Of a DNA stretch of 64,000 nucleotides, positions 37,618-46,992 are shown one piece after another. Within the stretch, counting starts at the first letter, position 1, and every line of letters begins with the position of its first letter. The position numbers were made by a program, and so were the translations under genes. The notes under the pieces were generated by a model, which worked only from the letters and a program-made list of their open reading frames with translations, did not search any database and was not told where the DNA came from. The stretch is from Candidatus Latescibacterota bacterium. Its GTDB lineage: Bacteria > Latescibacterota > UBA2968. The stretch spans positions 5,440,001-5,504,000 of the forward strand of contig OZ242311.1 in the NCBI GenBank assembly GCA_965207885.1, given 5' to 3'.

Positions 37618-38847
37618 ATGAGCCGATTATACTACAGCGAAGAGGGGCGGGTAATGCCATCTCTTTGCGAAGAATTAACGATTTTTCGGCGGGCGCACAA
37701 AACGCTCACACTGCCCGCGACAAACGCGCCGGGAACAGTTTATATACTCGCCCGACCCTATCCGGAAAACAACGCGCCCTTGCGGGTCTCAGTAAATGGT
37801 ACGGAAGTTGCCGCGCTAAAACCAATGCGACCCGGATCCTATTCATGGTATGAAATATCGGTATCAGAACTGAAAGAAGGCGAGAACACCTTTGAACTGT
37901 GGACCGACCACACGGCAATGGCAGGCTGGTCACTTGCAATGGAAGCGGGACATCCCGCGCCGGATAGCGCGGTAAGCGATGATGGCGGGCAGACCTGGCG
38001 CAGCGAGCGAATGGGATATTTGAACGCAGTTCTGGGTGAATACGTCATTCGGGTCAGATTGGCTGAAGGAGAAGATCTCCCACCGCCCCCTATGATATGG
38101 GAAAACGCGGATTCACCCAGATTTGAATCCCTGAGACAAATACTGCCTCCTGCTGCACGCGATGAAGGACCGCTAATCAAACGAGTACGCGCACTATCGG
38201 CCTGGCTGGCATCCAGTTGGGAACACACCAGTTCGGCAAGAGCAGAACAGTACGCGCCGTGGGATGCCGAAACCCTATTGGCCTGGGCTCCGGGACAGAT
38301 TGGACACAATGGAAAACGGCCAGTGGCAATGTGTGTACACTACGCAGCGGCATTTGTGAGTTGCGCGCAAGCTATCGGCATTCCAGCCCGATGTGCAGCA
38401 TTGACAGAAGCGGTGAACAGCTTCAATGGACATTTTGTAGCGGAAGTCTGGTTCGATCACCTACGCAAGTGGGTAGTGGTAGATCCGAATACGGACGCGC
38501 TATTTATAGAAAATGGGATACCGATGTCAATGGAAGAAATACAGGCCACGGGGAAAAATCTAAAAACACATATCGAATACGGGCGGGGTACAGAGTTCCA
38601 GCGCACCTTTCCTCACATCGTGGAATTTATGCGGGAAAATTTGGAAAAGGGAGTTTGTTTTCAGCACCGGAGCGTCTGGTTCAGAAGCGACCTACTGGAA
38701 CATCCCGAGTTTTCACCACCAGCGCACGGATCGCTGAGCTATTGTGAAACCGGCCTGGTGTGGGAACAGCGAGACAGGGAAACGGGATTCGGAATGTTTC
38801 CCCATTTTGGAAATGAGGACTATTTCAACGCAGCACCTATCAGGTAG
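37618..38847 (+). CDS. Transglutaminase-like (Cys-His-Asp) domain protein
   Basis: AMCVHYA, GHFVAEVW, WVVVDP; single Asp-box SDDGGQTW. Confidence 0.8.
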   Translation: MSRLYYSEEGRVMPSLCEELTIFRRAHKTLTLPATNAPGTVYILARPYPENNAPLRVSVNGTEVAALKPMRPGSYSWYEISVSELKEGENTFELWTDHTAMAGWSLAMEAGHPAPDSAVSDDGGQTWRSERMGYLNAVLGEYVIRVRLAEGEDLPPPPMIWENADSPRFESLRQILPPAARDEGPLIKRVRALSAWLASSWEHTSSARAEQYAPWDAETLLAWAPGQIGHNGKRPVAMCVHYAAAFVSCAQAIGIPARCAALTEAVNSFNGHFVAEVWFDHLRKWVVVDPNTDALFIENGIPMSMEEIQATGKNLKTHIEYGRGTEFQRTFPHIVEFMRENLEKGVCFQHRSVWFRSDLLEHPEFSPPAHGSLSYCETGLVWEQRDRETGFGMFPHFGNEDYFNAAPIR

Positions 38848-39613
38848 AGCCCGGAGCGATCACATTGGGCCGACTGCCAACCGCCGGGGCACCCATAATC
38901 CGTCGTTGCTGTGGCGTGGGTTCGAAATAGTTCGCCGGGTCGTAGGACGCCTGATGGTTGGCCATGTGTCCCGGATTGAATTTGTAGAGAAAAGCACGCC
39001 GTTCGTGGGTACCGCGCCAACCCTTCGTTCCATGGGTCAAAGCCTCGGTAAAAATGACCGCATCGCCTGCATCCACCTCGGGTTGTACCACATAGGGCGG
39101 CACCCTCTTCAGCGTACGCACATCCTCTGGCAAATTCTGAGGAAAATTGCCCTTGTGGCTACCCGGAATACATACAAACCCACCATCTCCTGCCCTGGCT
39201 GGAGCCAGCATAAAAGTCACGACAGTTAGACCCGTCCGCACCTGCCCATCCAGATAGTGGAAGTACCGATGCGTACCCAGTTCCGGCAGACCGTGCAGAT
39301 TCCCGCTATCACTACCGGCATTCATGAACATGGCATAATCGTGGTCAATGCGGAATTTGGGACCGAGAAACTCCGCCAGAACCGGCACAATTCTCGAGTG
39401 ATCGATCAACCGCTGGCAGGCTGAATCCCAACGGGAGACATATCGGACATTGCGAATGCCGCGGCGCTCCTTGGAATCGTTGCCGTCCGAGTAATCCCTG
39501 GGATACACCCGATCCGAAACCTCGTTCAGCTCATCTACCTCCTCCTGCGTCAGCACGCCGCGGAGCACCAGATAGCCCTGCAAATCGAACAAGTATCTCT
39601 CTTCGTCAGTCAT
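38840..39613 (-). CDS. PhyH-family Fe(II)/2OG enzyme (LHG variant)
   Basis: YLFDLQGYLVL, GGFVCIPGSHK, AGDAVIFTEALTHG, ERR; start at ATG 39613. Confidence 0.85.
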   Translation of the reverse strand: MTDEERYLFDLQGYLVLRGVLTQEEVDELNEVSDRVYPRDYSDGNDSKERRGIRNVRYVSRWDSACQRLIDHSRIVPVLAEFLGPKFRIDHDYAMFMNAGSDSGNLHGLPELGTHRYFHYLDGQVRTGLTVVTFMLAPARAGDGGFVCIPGSHKGNFPQNLPEDVRTLKRVPPYVVQPEVDAGDAVIFTEALTHGTKGWRGTHERRAFLYKFNPGHMANHQASYDPANYFEPTPQQRRIMGAPAVGSRPNVIAPGST

Positions 39614-39623
39614 ACAATTCCCC

Positions 39624-40385
39624 TCATTTATACTTCGCCCGGTGTTCTGGCAAAGAACCATCGTCCTCTGGCTCGAACCCTATCAACTCCCGCGCATTGG
39701 ACAAATCCCACTTCTCCTCACCACCTCGAGACACCCCGTAGAAAATCTCAAACTTCAAATCTTCTACCTCAATACACCGCCAGGTCATCTGAGCGATATC
39801 CCGAGGACTAAACCAGCGGGACTGCCCCGGCTCATAATCCCGCCCCGGTTCATCCAGCCCATTGAAATTGGCAATCCGCAAACAGAACACCCGGATCCCG
39901 TACTGATCGGCGTAAAACCGTCCCAGAGCCTCTCCAAACGCCTTGCCAGCCCCGTAAATCCCATCCGGACGCACGGGTTTGTCCGGCATCGAACGAATGC
40001 CCTCCTTCTCGTTCATACCAGTCACATGATTCGTACTCGCATAGACCACCGTTGGCACCCGATTAATCCGCGCTGCCTCGTAGATATTGTACGTCCCCTT
40101 CATATCCACATCAAACGTCACCTGTGCCCTCTGTGCATTCGGCATCCCCTGCCAGGTTCTAAAAAGAGCCAAATGGGCAATTGCATCCACCCCGGCGGCG
40201 GCCTCCACCATAGCCTCAAAATTGGAAATATCCGAAACCACCACCTCGTCCTTCTCATCCACATCGTCCGGAATCTGAGAGTGAAACATCAACCGAAAAT
40301 CGTACCGGTGTCGCAGATGTTTTCGCAGCGCCGTCCCAATCTTGCCCGCTGCCCCTGTAATCAACAACTTCTTGCGTTCTGCCAT
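39624..40385 (-). CDS. NAD-dependent epimerase/dehydratase (uronate dehydrogenase-like)
   Basis: LITGAAGKIG, YASTNH, YGAGKAFGE (YxxxK), CLRI. Confidence 0.85.
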   Translation of the reverse strand: MAERKKLLITGAAGKIGTALRKHLRHRYDFRLMFHSQIPDDVDEKDEVVVSDISNFEAMVEAAAGVDAIAHLALFRTWQGMPNAQRAQVTFDVDMKGTYNIYEAARINRVPTVVYASTNHVTGMNEKEGIRSMPDKPVRPDGIYGAGKAFGEALGRFYADQYGIRVFCLRIANFNGLDEPGRDYEPGQSRWFSPRDIAQMTWRCIEVEDLKFEIFYGVSRGGEEKWDLSNARELIGFEPEDDGSLPEHRAKYK

Positions 40386-40564
40386 ATCGAATAATCCTTT
40401 TCAAATTAGTATTAAAAACCAGTATCGCCCTCATCTCCTAAAGTCGTGACCCCAGAAAAATAAATCAAGCAGAAACCAAATCGGAAGCGATCATTTTTTG
40501 ATTGCCCTGGGGGTTACATCCGACTTTCTTGTTCCCGGAACTTCTTCCTCGAAAGGTGATCACC

Positions 40565-42556
40565 ATGAACATACAAAGACATCCCGACCACGCAAAAGTA
40601 CAGGCTCAATACGTGACCTACCTGCGGGAAAAACTCGCAGCACTCCCCGAACAGCGGATCAGCGACGCCTTCCCCCGCACCCGGGAAGAATGGGAAACTC
40701 ACACCGCCAAACTGCGCCCCATCCTCCGCGCAATCTTCGACTTCCCCGAAACCAGCAGCCCCCTCTGTCCCCGCACAGTCGGGAAAATCGAAAGAGACGA
40801 CTTCACCATCGAAAAAGTCATCTACGACGCCGAACCGGGATCCTCTGTACCCGCCCACCTCTTCCTGCCAAAAGGCGTAACCTTTCCGGTCCCGGCCCTC
40901 ATCTTTCCCAGCGGACACGGCGGAAGCAAAAGCGCGTTCTACAACCACTACGCGGGCCAGATCTACGCCAAAGCGGGCATCATCTGCCTGATCCCCGACC
41001 CTGTGGGCGAAGAAGAACGGGACGAAGAAAACCGCCCGGGAATACGCGGTCACCGTCTGGACTTTAGAATTGACCGGTGCTTTGAAGTGGGCCGCTCAGT
41101 CATCGGCAAAATGACCTACGACATCACCCGCGGCATCGACTACCTCTGTATCCGTCCCGAAGTAGATACCGATCAAATCGGCTGTGTGGGCCACTCGCTC
41201 GGCTGCACCATCACTATGAACGTCCTCTGCACGGACGACCGCCTGGCCCTCAGCCTGCCCGCCTCCTGGGTAACCCATTTTGACTACATCGTCGGCGACC
41301 TGAGCTGCGAATGGCGTCCCTATCGCCTCAAGCATTATGTTGATATGCCGGAACAAATCGCGATGGGTGCCCCCCGATGTGCCACACTCATCCTCGCCGG
41401 AGAATGGGACTATCCTCCCCATGCGTATCGTGGGCTACTGGAAACCTGTCGGCAAGTACAACGGGTCTATGACATTTGCGACGCTGCGGACCGGTTCGAC
41501 ATCCACATCACTCCGAAAGGTGGCCACCGGCCCTACTTCCTCAACAAACCCGCCTTCGCCTGGGTGGAAAAACACCTGGGCATGCCGAAATTCGACGCAG
41601 AAGCAGTACAAAAACTACCAGAAGTCTATCTGGGAGATTGGACAGACGCCCACGGAATCGATATCGAATCGGGCTATAAGAGCCACAAGCACTACGCAGG
41701 AACCGCAGTCGTCGATATAGATGTGGCACCAGTACCGACCGACGAACTCGCCTGCTTGCCGCCGAAAGGCTATGAAGCACCGGAGTTCGCGATGCGGGGC
41801 TGGATGGCATCCATCTTGAAAGGATTACCGCCCGAGTTGGAAATACCGCAGGAACTGGAAAATTGGAAACGCGAGCAGATAGCCCTCCGGGACACAGTGG
41901 CAAAAATCCTCGCAGTACCCGAAAACAGACCGCGCATCTCACCCGAAACCATCCGAACCTTCGAGGAAAATGAATTCACTGGAGAAGAAATTCGCTACGG
42001 CGCCCTCGGCCTCTCATCCTTTCTATTGACGCCAAAGCATGCATCAAAAAATACAGCCCTCTATCTCCACCAGAGCCGCACCAAACAGGGCGCCCTGCAA
42101 ACAGGTGAAGTGCGGCACCTGATAGCTTCTGGCACAACCGTCCTCGCCCTGGATTGTGTCGGCATGGACGACAGCGGCATGCTACTGGGAGAACCATCGA
42201 CAACGGCCAACGTACAGCACGTAATCGAAGCACTGGACCTCCTGAAACAGAGGGGTATTCATCAGGCAGCGTGCTATGGATACGTCGATGACATCGCCCT
42301 GTACGCGGCGATCCTGGACAACCGAATATCCGAAATTATCCTCGGTTCCAGAGGGGGAATTGAGCCACACCACCAGCAGCGCTACCGGCAGGAAGGCGTC
42401 GTACCCTACATCTCTCGACATATCGGGCGACCGGGACTCCTCTCACTCCTTGCCCCCCGGCCACTCACCGTAAAAATTGTAGAAAGAGAATTGGATCAGG
42501 CACAGAAAGTTTATAGCCTGTACGGCGCAGAAAACAGACTCAGAATTGTGGAATGA
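40565..42556 (+). CDS. Two-module alpha/beta hydrolase (acetylxylan-esterase-like)
   Basis: PSGHGG, GIDYL..RPEVD, GHSLG nucleophile elbow; the second module is degenerate (LAPRPL). Confidence 0.8.
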   Translation: MNIQRHPDHAKVQAQYVTYLREKLAALPEQRISDAFPRTREEWETHTAKLRPILRAIFDFPETSSPLCPRTVGKIERDDFTIEKVIYDAEPGSSVPAHLFLPKGVTFPVPALIFPSGHGGSKSAFYNHYAGQIYAKAGIICLIPDPVGEEERDEENRPGIRGHRLDFRIDRCFEVGRSVIGKMTYDITRGIDYLCIRPEVDTDQIGCVGHSLGCTITMNVLCTDDRLALSLPASWVTHFDYIVGDLSCEWRPYRLKHYVDMPEQIAMGAPRCATLILAGEWDYPPHAYRGLLETCRQVQRVYDICDAADRFDIHITPKGGHRPYFLNKPAFAWVEKHLGMPKFDAEAVQKLPEVYLGDWTDAHGIDIESGYKSHKHYAGTAVVDIDVAPVPTDELACLPPKGYEAPEFAMRGWMASILKGLPPELEIPQELENWKREQIALRDTVAKILAVPENRPRISPETIRTFEENEFTGEEIRYGALGLSSFLLTPKHASKNTALYLHQSRTKQGALQTGEVRHLIASGTTVLALDCVGMDDSGMLLGEPSTTANVQHVIEALDLLKQRGIHQAACYGYVDDIALYAAILDNRISEIILGSRGGIEPHHQQRYRQEGVVPYISRHIGRPGLLSLLAPRPLTVKIVERELDQAQKVYSLYGAENRLRIVE

Positions 42557-42572
42557 GAATACACCCCTCATT

Positions 42573-43412
42573 TTACTGCGCGGAAAAACTGGCCCAATTC
42601 TCTTCAACACGCGAAGTATCCGTTCTACCACAAAAAACAAACAACCGATACCTGCTTGCGGTCGTCTCTCCCTGTGCCAGCATCCAGGGACCAGCAATAC
42701 AGCGGCTGGGCACAATGCCGAGTTGCCCGTCAACGCGCCAGGGATTGGGGTATTCGGGATTGGTGGGATGATCCATCATCGCGATGCCTGCCCAGTCAGT
42801 GCGACCTTCGATGGGAATGGAAACAGAAACCCATTGTGCGCGTTGTCCTTCAGCGTCGCGATTGGTCTGACCCTCACTGTTGATGGCCTCGCCACCGAGA
42901 TCTCTTTTATAAGGCATTCGAAGAAAGAGACCACCGTAGGCGTATTCTCCAAAGGTAAGATCAATTGATGCGGTAAGGGACCATGTGATATCGATATCGT
43001 ACGTATCGCCCTGATCGTTGAAAGACCAGGCCTGTATTTCGGTGAGCATAGGCGCACCATCGGGATCTCGCCATCCGCTGGTAACAGTCCAGGTAGCAGT
43101 GTTATTATGCACACCTGCATTGCTAATCGGGTCGGGGTGAAAGGTCCCATCCTGATCTTTGCGCCGCTCCTGTAATCCCTCTGTCCAGAACCCAACCCCG
43201 TTGACCTCGTTGAGACCCACATAAAGACCGTGCTGCCAGGGATGGTGCGAGGGGGTATCTTCGGTGAGAATGCCATTGCCATCGGGCGCCACAATGGGAT
43301 GAATATAGGCGCGAGTATCAGCTCTGGCGCGCTGAACGAGAATGGGATCTTTTTGTTCGCTGCGGAATATTTCAACGCGGTCTGGTATTCCCTTTTGTTT
43401 GAGCTCAGTCAT
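42573..43412 (-). CDS. DUF6807/'PmoA-like' (PF14100-type) protein
   Basis: YIHP, HHPWQHGL, FW, YGGLFLR, MDHPTNP; start at ATG 43412. Confidence 0.72.
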   Translation of the reverse strand: MTELKQKGIPDRVEIFRSEQKDPILVQRARADTRAYIHPIVAPDGNGILTEDTPSHHPWQHGLYVGLNEVNGVGFWTEGLQERRKDQDGTFHPDPISNAGVHNNTATWTVTSGWRDPDGAPMLTEIQAWSFNDQGDTYDIDITWSLTASIDLTFGEYAYGGLFLRMPYKRDLGGEAINSEGQTNRDAEGQRAQWVSVSIPIEGRTDWAGIAMMDHPTNPEYPNPWRVDGQLGIVPSRCIAGPWMLAQGETTASRYRLFVFCGRTDTSRVEENWASFSAQ

Positions 43413-43461
43413 TATTCTCCTCGGTTTAGTGAACAATTCAGGTGTTGGAAAACGCGAATTT

Positions 43462-44043
43462 CTATAGCCTTTCGGGCAAATCAACACCCGCAAACCCCGC
43501 CATTTGCGCGACCATGCGATAGGTCAGCCCCCACAGCGCGGGACGATTGGCACCGAGCAAATCAATAGCTGGCATATTGTGCCAACCTTCGAGATTGAGC
43601 CTCTGCCACCGCGTGGAATCGGCGAAATGTGCAAAAGGCGTCCAAAAAACATCGCGTACCTCGTCATTGGGCGCAACTTCAACGCCTTCAAAAATCGCAT
43701 AAACAAAACAGGCCACCTGGATGGGCAGCGTCGCACCCGTGACATCGTCCAAACGACCGAGATACTGCGCGTTGCTCAGATCGAGACCGAGTTCCTCGCG
43801 GGTCTCGCGTTCAGCCGTGTATTTGAGATCCGAATCATCGGGTTCGGCTGTCCCACCGGGAAAAGCGATATGCCCCGACCATGGGTCTGTCGGATGTGCG
43901 GCACGCTCGATAAAGAGAAGATAGAGATCATCCCGTCGCGGATGAAAAACCGCAGCAACAGCCGCCTGCGTCTTATCCGTTTCCGAGCGTGTATGGGGTT
44001 GATACGTCGATAGGGCTGCCGCAATCCTTTGAAAGGTATTCAT
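43462..44043 (-). CDS. Nudix hydrolase, CoA-pyrophosphatase type
   Basis: AAV, ERA..DPWSGHIAFPGG, TAERETREELG, WGLT. Confidence 0.9.
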   Translation of the reverse strand: MNTFQRIAAALSTYQPHTRSETDKTQAAVAAVFHPRRDDLYLLFIERAAHPTDPWSGHIAFPGGTAEPDDSDLKYTAERETREELGLDLSNAQYLGRLDDVTGATLPIQVACFVYAIFEGVEVAPNDEVRDVFWTPFAHFADSTRWQRLNLEGWHNMPAIDLLGANRPALWGLTYRMVAQMAGFAGVDLPERL

Positions 44044-44056
44044 TCTGCACTCACCG

Positions 44057-44572
44057 TCACGTCAGTTCACTCATCCGAAACAGCGCGCGAAGTTCAATAC
44101 CCTCTTTGGCGAGATTCTCTGTGCCACCGGACTCGCGGTCAATCACACATATCGCCTGTGAAACGCGCGCACCGAGATTGCGAAGGTCCCGAGTGGAAAG
44201 AACAACCTGCCCGCCAGAAGTGACCACATCTTCAACAACCAGCAGATTCTTACCAGATATATCAACACCTTCAGCCAGTTTGCAAGTCCCATAAGTCTTA
44301 GCTTCTTTTCGCACAAAACACGTGGGCAGCCCGGACAACTGAGAAAGCATAGTCGCAAGGGGCACGCCACCGAGTTCGAGACCAGCGAGAACATCTGTAT
44401 TATCGGGAATCAAAGGCTGGAGATGCGCGGCGAGTTCGCAGAGAAGTTCGGGACGGGTTTCAAACTGATACTTGTCGAAATACTCGGTCGCAATCGCACC
44501 CGAGCGCAACGTAAATTGCCCAGTCAAATGAGAAGTCTGATAAATGCGATAAGCGAGTTCCGATCGGGTCAT
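44057..44572 (-). CDS. pyrE: Orotate phosphoribosyltransferase
   Basis: FTLRSG..YFDKY, VRKEAKTYGT, VVEDVVTSGG; start at ATG 44572. Confidence 0.92.
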   Translation of the reverse strand: MTRSELAYRIYQTSHLTGQFTLRSGAIATEYFDKYQFETRPELLCELAAHLQPLIPDNTDVLAGLELGGVPLATMLSQLSGLPTCFVRKEAKTYGTCKLAEGVDISGKNLLVVEDVVTSGGQVVLSTRDLRNLGARVSQAICVIDRESGGTENLAKEGIELRALFRMSELT

Positions 44573-44643
44573 CGTGTAGAATCTCCATAAAAATGTTAAC
44601 AATAGAACACTACCTGAGATATATGCAAGGAAATGCAAAGAAT

Positions 44644-45045
44644 TTATGTGAGCCAATTTTCAACCTGAAGATTTGTAATCCTCTGAAAGTGTCTTTCATT
44701 ATTCGTGACCAAACCAAATCCATGAACCAGTGCGGATGCTGCGATCAATATATCCGCATCGCCAATTAATTCGCCACGCTTACTCAAATCGGCATAAATA
44801 TCAGACGCTCTTGATATGATCGCATCAGAAAGTTGAATGATCGTGCTTCTTAAACACAATTGTTCAAAAGTCTCAAGCTGTCGATGTGCATCTATGGCCT
44901 TTAGACCACGAAGAATTTCATATCGCGTAATGATTGAAAAATGAAACCGCTGGTGCTCTTGCAGATAAGTACGACTCTTTGGAATAACGATGGGATTTCG
45001 ACGCATTATAGCAGAAAGAATATCTGTATCTAAAAAAAATGCCAT
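44644..45045 (-). CDS. vapC: VapC/PIN-domain toxin
   Basis: LDTDILS, YEILRG, DADILIAASAL, LVTNNERHF. Confidence 0.92.
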   Translation of the reverse strand: MAFFLDTDILSAIMRRNPIVIPKSRTYLQEHQRFHFSIITRYEILRGLKAIDAHRQLETFEQLCLRSTIIQLSDAIISRASDIYADLSKRGELIGDADILIAASALVHGFGLVTNNERHFQRITNLQVENWLT

Positions 45046-45401
45046 TACTTCAGGCTCTCCCCGAAAAAGTCCCTGCGCTCTGTGGCGACTTTCTCAATTT
45101 CATCAATTTCATCGTCTGTAAGTCCATCATAAACCTGTCCAGCCAATTCCAAAAGGTCCTTGAAATTCTCTTTATCAAAATGTGCATACTCAATTTCTTT
45201 CAGGAGAGATTCTTGGGCAAGGTCTAAAAATACTTGTGCTTGTTCGCGGCTTACCGAAGGAAATCCATCTAAGAAATCTTCGAGGCTGTCGCCTGCTTTG
45301 AGATGGTCAACCAGTGACTTTATGGGTACGCGCGTACCCTTAAAAACAGGTGTGCCCCCAAGAATTTTTTTATTACAGGTGATAATGTGATCGCATTTCA
45401 T
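45045..45401 (-). CDS. DUF433 antitoxin with an acidic C-terminal extension
   Basis: ILGGTPVFKGTRVP, GDSLEDFLDGFPSV; its stop overlaps the vapC start. Confidence 0.85.
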   Translation of the reverse strand: MKCDHIITCNKKILGGTPVFKGTRVPIKSLVDHLKAGDSLEDFLDGFPSVSREQAQVFLDLAQESLLKEIEYAHFDKENFKDLLELAGQVYDGLTDDEIDEIEKVATERRDFFGESLK

Positions 45402-45433
45402 TTTTTTCTCCTTCAATTTTTTCCAGTAAAACA

Positions 45434-46975
45434 TTACGGCTCTATCAACTTGTAGAACTCTATCGCCCCATTGACAATGCGGTTGATAACCGCACTCTTG
45501 GTCGTATGTCGGTTTTCGTCATAGCCAGAGATAAACGTTGCCCCACTGTAGTCCCTTGTCGCCGCAATCTCATCGCGAATCGCCATTGGCGTCAACGCAT
45601 CGGTGCGACGCATCGCTTGGACTACCAACCTCAGGGCATCATACCCCAGTGCAGCCGATCCATCGGGCGCAACGCCAAACATTGCCGTGTACGCATCAAT
45701 AAAACGGTGGGCGTCTTCACTCAAATCGCCCGGTGCGACTTGAGACGAAAAAAAACCGCTAAAAAAACTTCCCTCAATAAACGCGCTACTCGTGGTAAGC
45801 AACTCTGCATTATGCCATGAATCGCCTCCGAGAAAAGTCGCTGTCAGGCCAAAATTTTGTCTTGCCTGCTGAACCAGCAATGGAATATCGACAACGGAAC
45901 CGGGAATAAAGACCACATCTGGCATAGATGAGGTGACAGCGATCAGTTGCGAGGCAAAATCGGTCTCCCCCGACATATAGAATTGATGCGCCGCAACATG
46001 GCCCCCAAGCGCGCCAAAATTATCCACAAAGGTCTGCGATAAGCCCTCCGAATAAATACTTCCGCGCTCCGTGAGCACCGCAACGCGACCCGCGCCCAAC
46101 TCTTGAATGGCAAATTCAGCCATCACCTTGCCCTGAAAATCGTCTGTAAAAGCCGCCATAAACACAAAATCACCTGCAGTAGAGACGATTGGATTGGTCG
46201 CATTGGTCGTCATCATTGGTATCCCATAGCGTTGTGCAATTTCCCCGACAATAACTGCCTGGCTCGAGCGGTTAGGGCCAACAATTGCCAATACCTTCTC
46301 CTGAGTAATCAATTTCTCTGCCAGTGCTGCAACGTATTCGGTCTCACTTATATTTTTTTCAGCGAGTTGTTCTATGGGTACACCGCCATCGATGAGTTCT
46401 ATGGGCACACCGCGCACACCCCCCTCTTCGTTGAATTGGAGAGCCGCCAGAGTCGCCCCATCCAGACTGTTTTTTCGGTATGTGCCATATATAAAGCCGA
46501 TTTTGATTGCATCCCCGGGTTGCGGTATCCGCATGGGGGAACCCATCACACGCATCCTTCCACCAATGGGCAAATTGAGCATCACTTCATACCCGCCATT
46601 GATCGGAATACTCGACCATGAACCGATCTCTCTCCCATCTATCGACGCACGCGCTTGATAATAACCCGTCACATCGCCCGATGCAATCTCCACACGCGCC
46701 CGACCATTCTCATTCGTCACCCCCGACCACTGATAATCTGCCACCTGCCCTGCAATAGAACGCGAAAAATCCACCTTCGCCCAAATCACAGGTGCGCCAT
46801 CTCGAAGCACAGTCGCCACCACCACAGCATGCGACGCACTCGTCTGCACAGCCAACTTACTCAGCGGACGTCCAACCTGCTCCTCTCCCTCTACCATCTG
46901 CGACTGCATCACCTGCTCGCCGCCACAGCCCCACATCACCCCTATCGCTAACACACAAAAAAAACCTCGCAACAC
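45434..46975 (-). CDS. LivJ/LivK-type substrate-binding lipoprotein with an extra N-terminal beta-sandwich module
   Basis: Lipobox MWGC; ATNP..AGDFVF..FTDDFQG, DFASQL, LGGDSW, ALGYDA. Confidence 0.85.
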   Translation of the reverse strand: MLRGFFCVLAIGVMWGCGGEQVMQSQMVEGEEQVGRPLSKLAVQTSASHAVVVATVLRDGAPVIWAKVDFSRSIAGQVADYQWSGVTNENGRARVEIASGDVTGYYQARASIDGREIGSWSSIPINGGYEVMLNLPIGGRMRVMGSPMRIPQPGDAIKIGFIYGTYRKNSLDGATLAALQFNEEGGVRGVPIELIDGGVPIEQLAEKNISETEYVAALAEKLITQEKVLAIVGPNRSSQAVIVGEIAQRYGIPMMTTNATNPIVSTAGDFVFMAAFTDDFQGKVMAEFAIQELGAGRVAVLTERGSIYSEGLSQTFVDNFGALGGHVAAHQFYMSGETDFASQLIAVTSSMPDVVFIPGSVVDIPLLVQQARQNFGLTATFLGGDSWHNAELLTTSSAFIEGSFFSGFFSSQVAPGDLSEDAHRFIDAYTAMFGVAPDGSAALGYDALRLVVQAMRRTDALTPMAIRDEIAATRDYSGATFISGYDENRHTTKSAVINRIVNGAIEFYKLIEP

Positions 46976-46992
46976 AAAAACCTCCTGACACC

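Noticed and set aside
42573-43412. Methane monooxygenase interpretation of the 'PmoA-like' protein
   Set aside because: Soluble protein with no TM helices and no pmoB/pmoC; the family name is a known misnomer.
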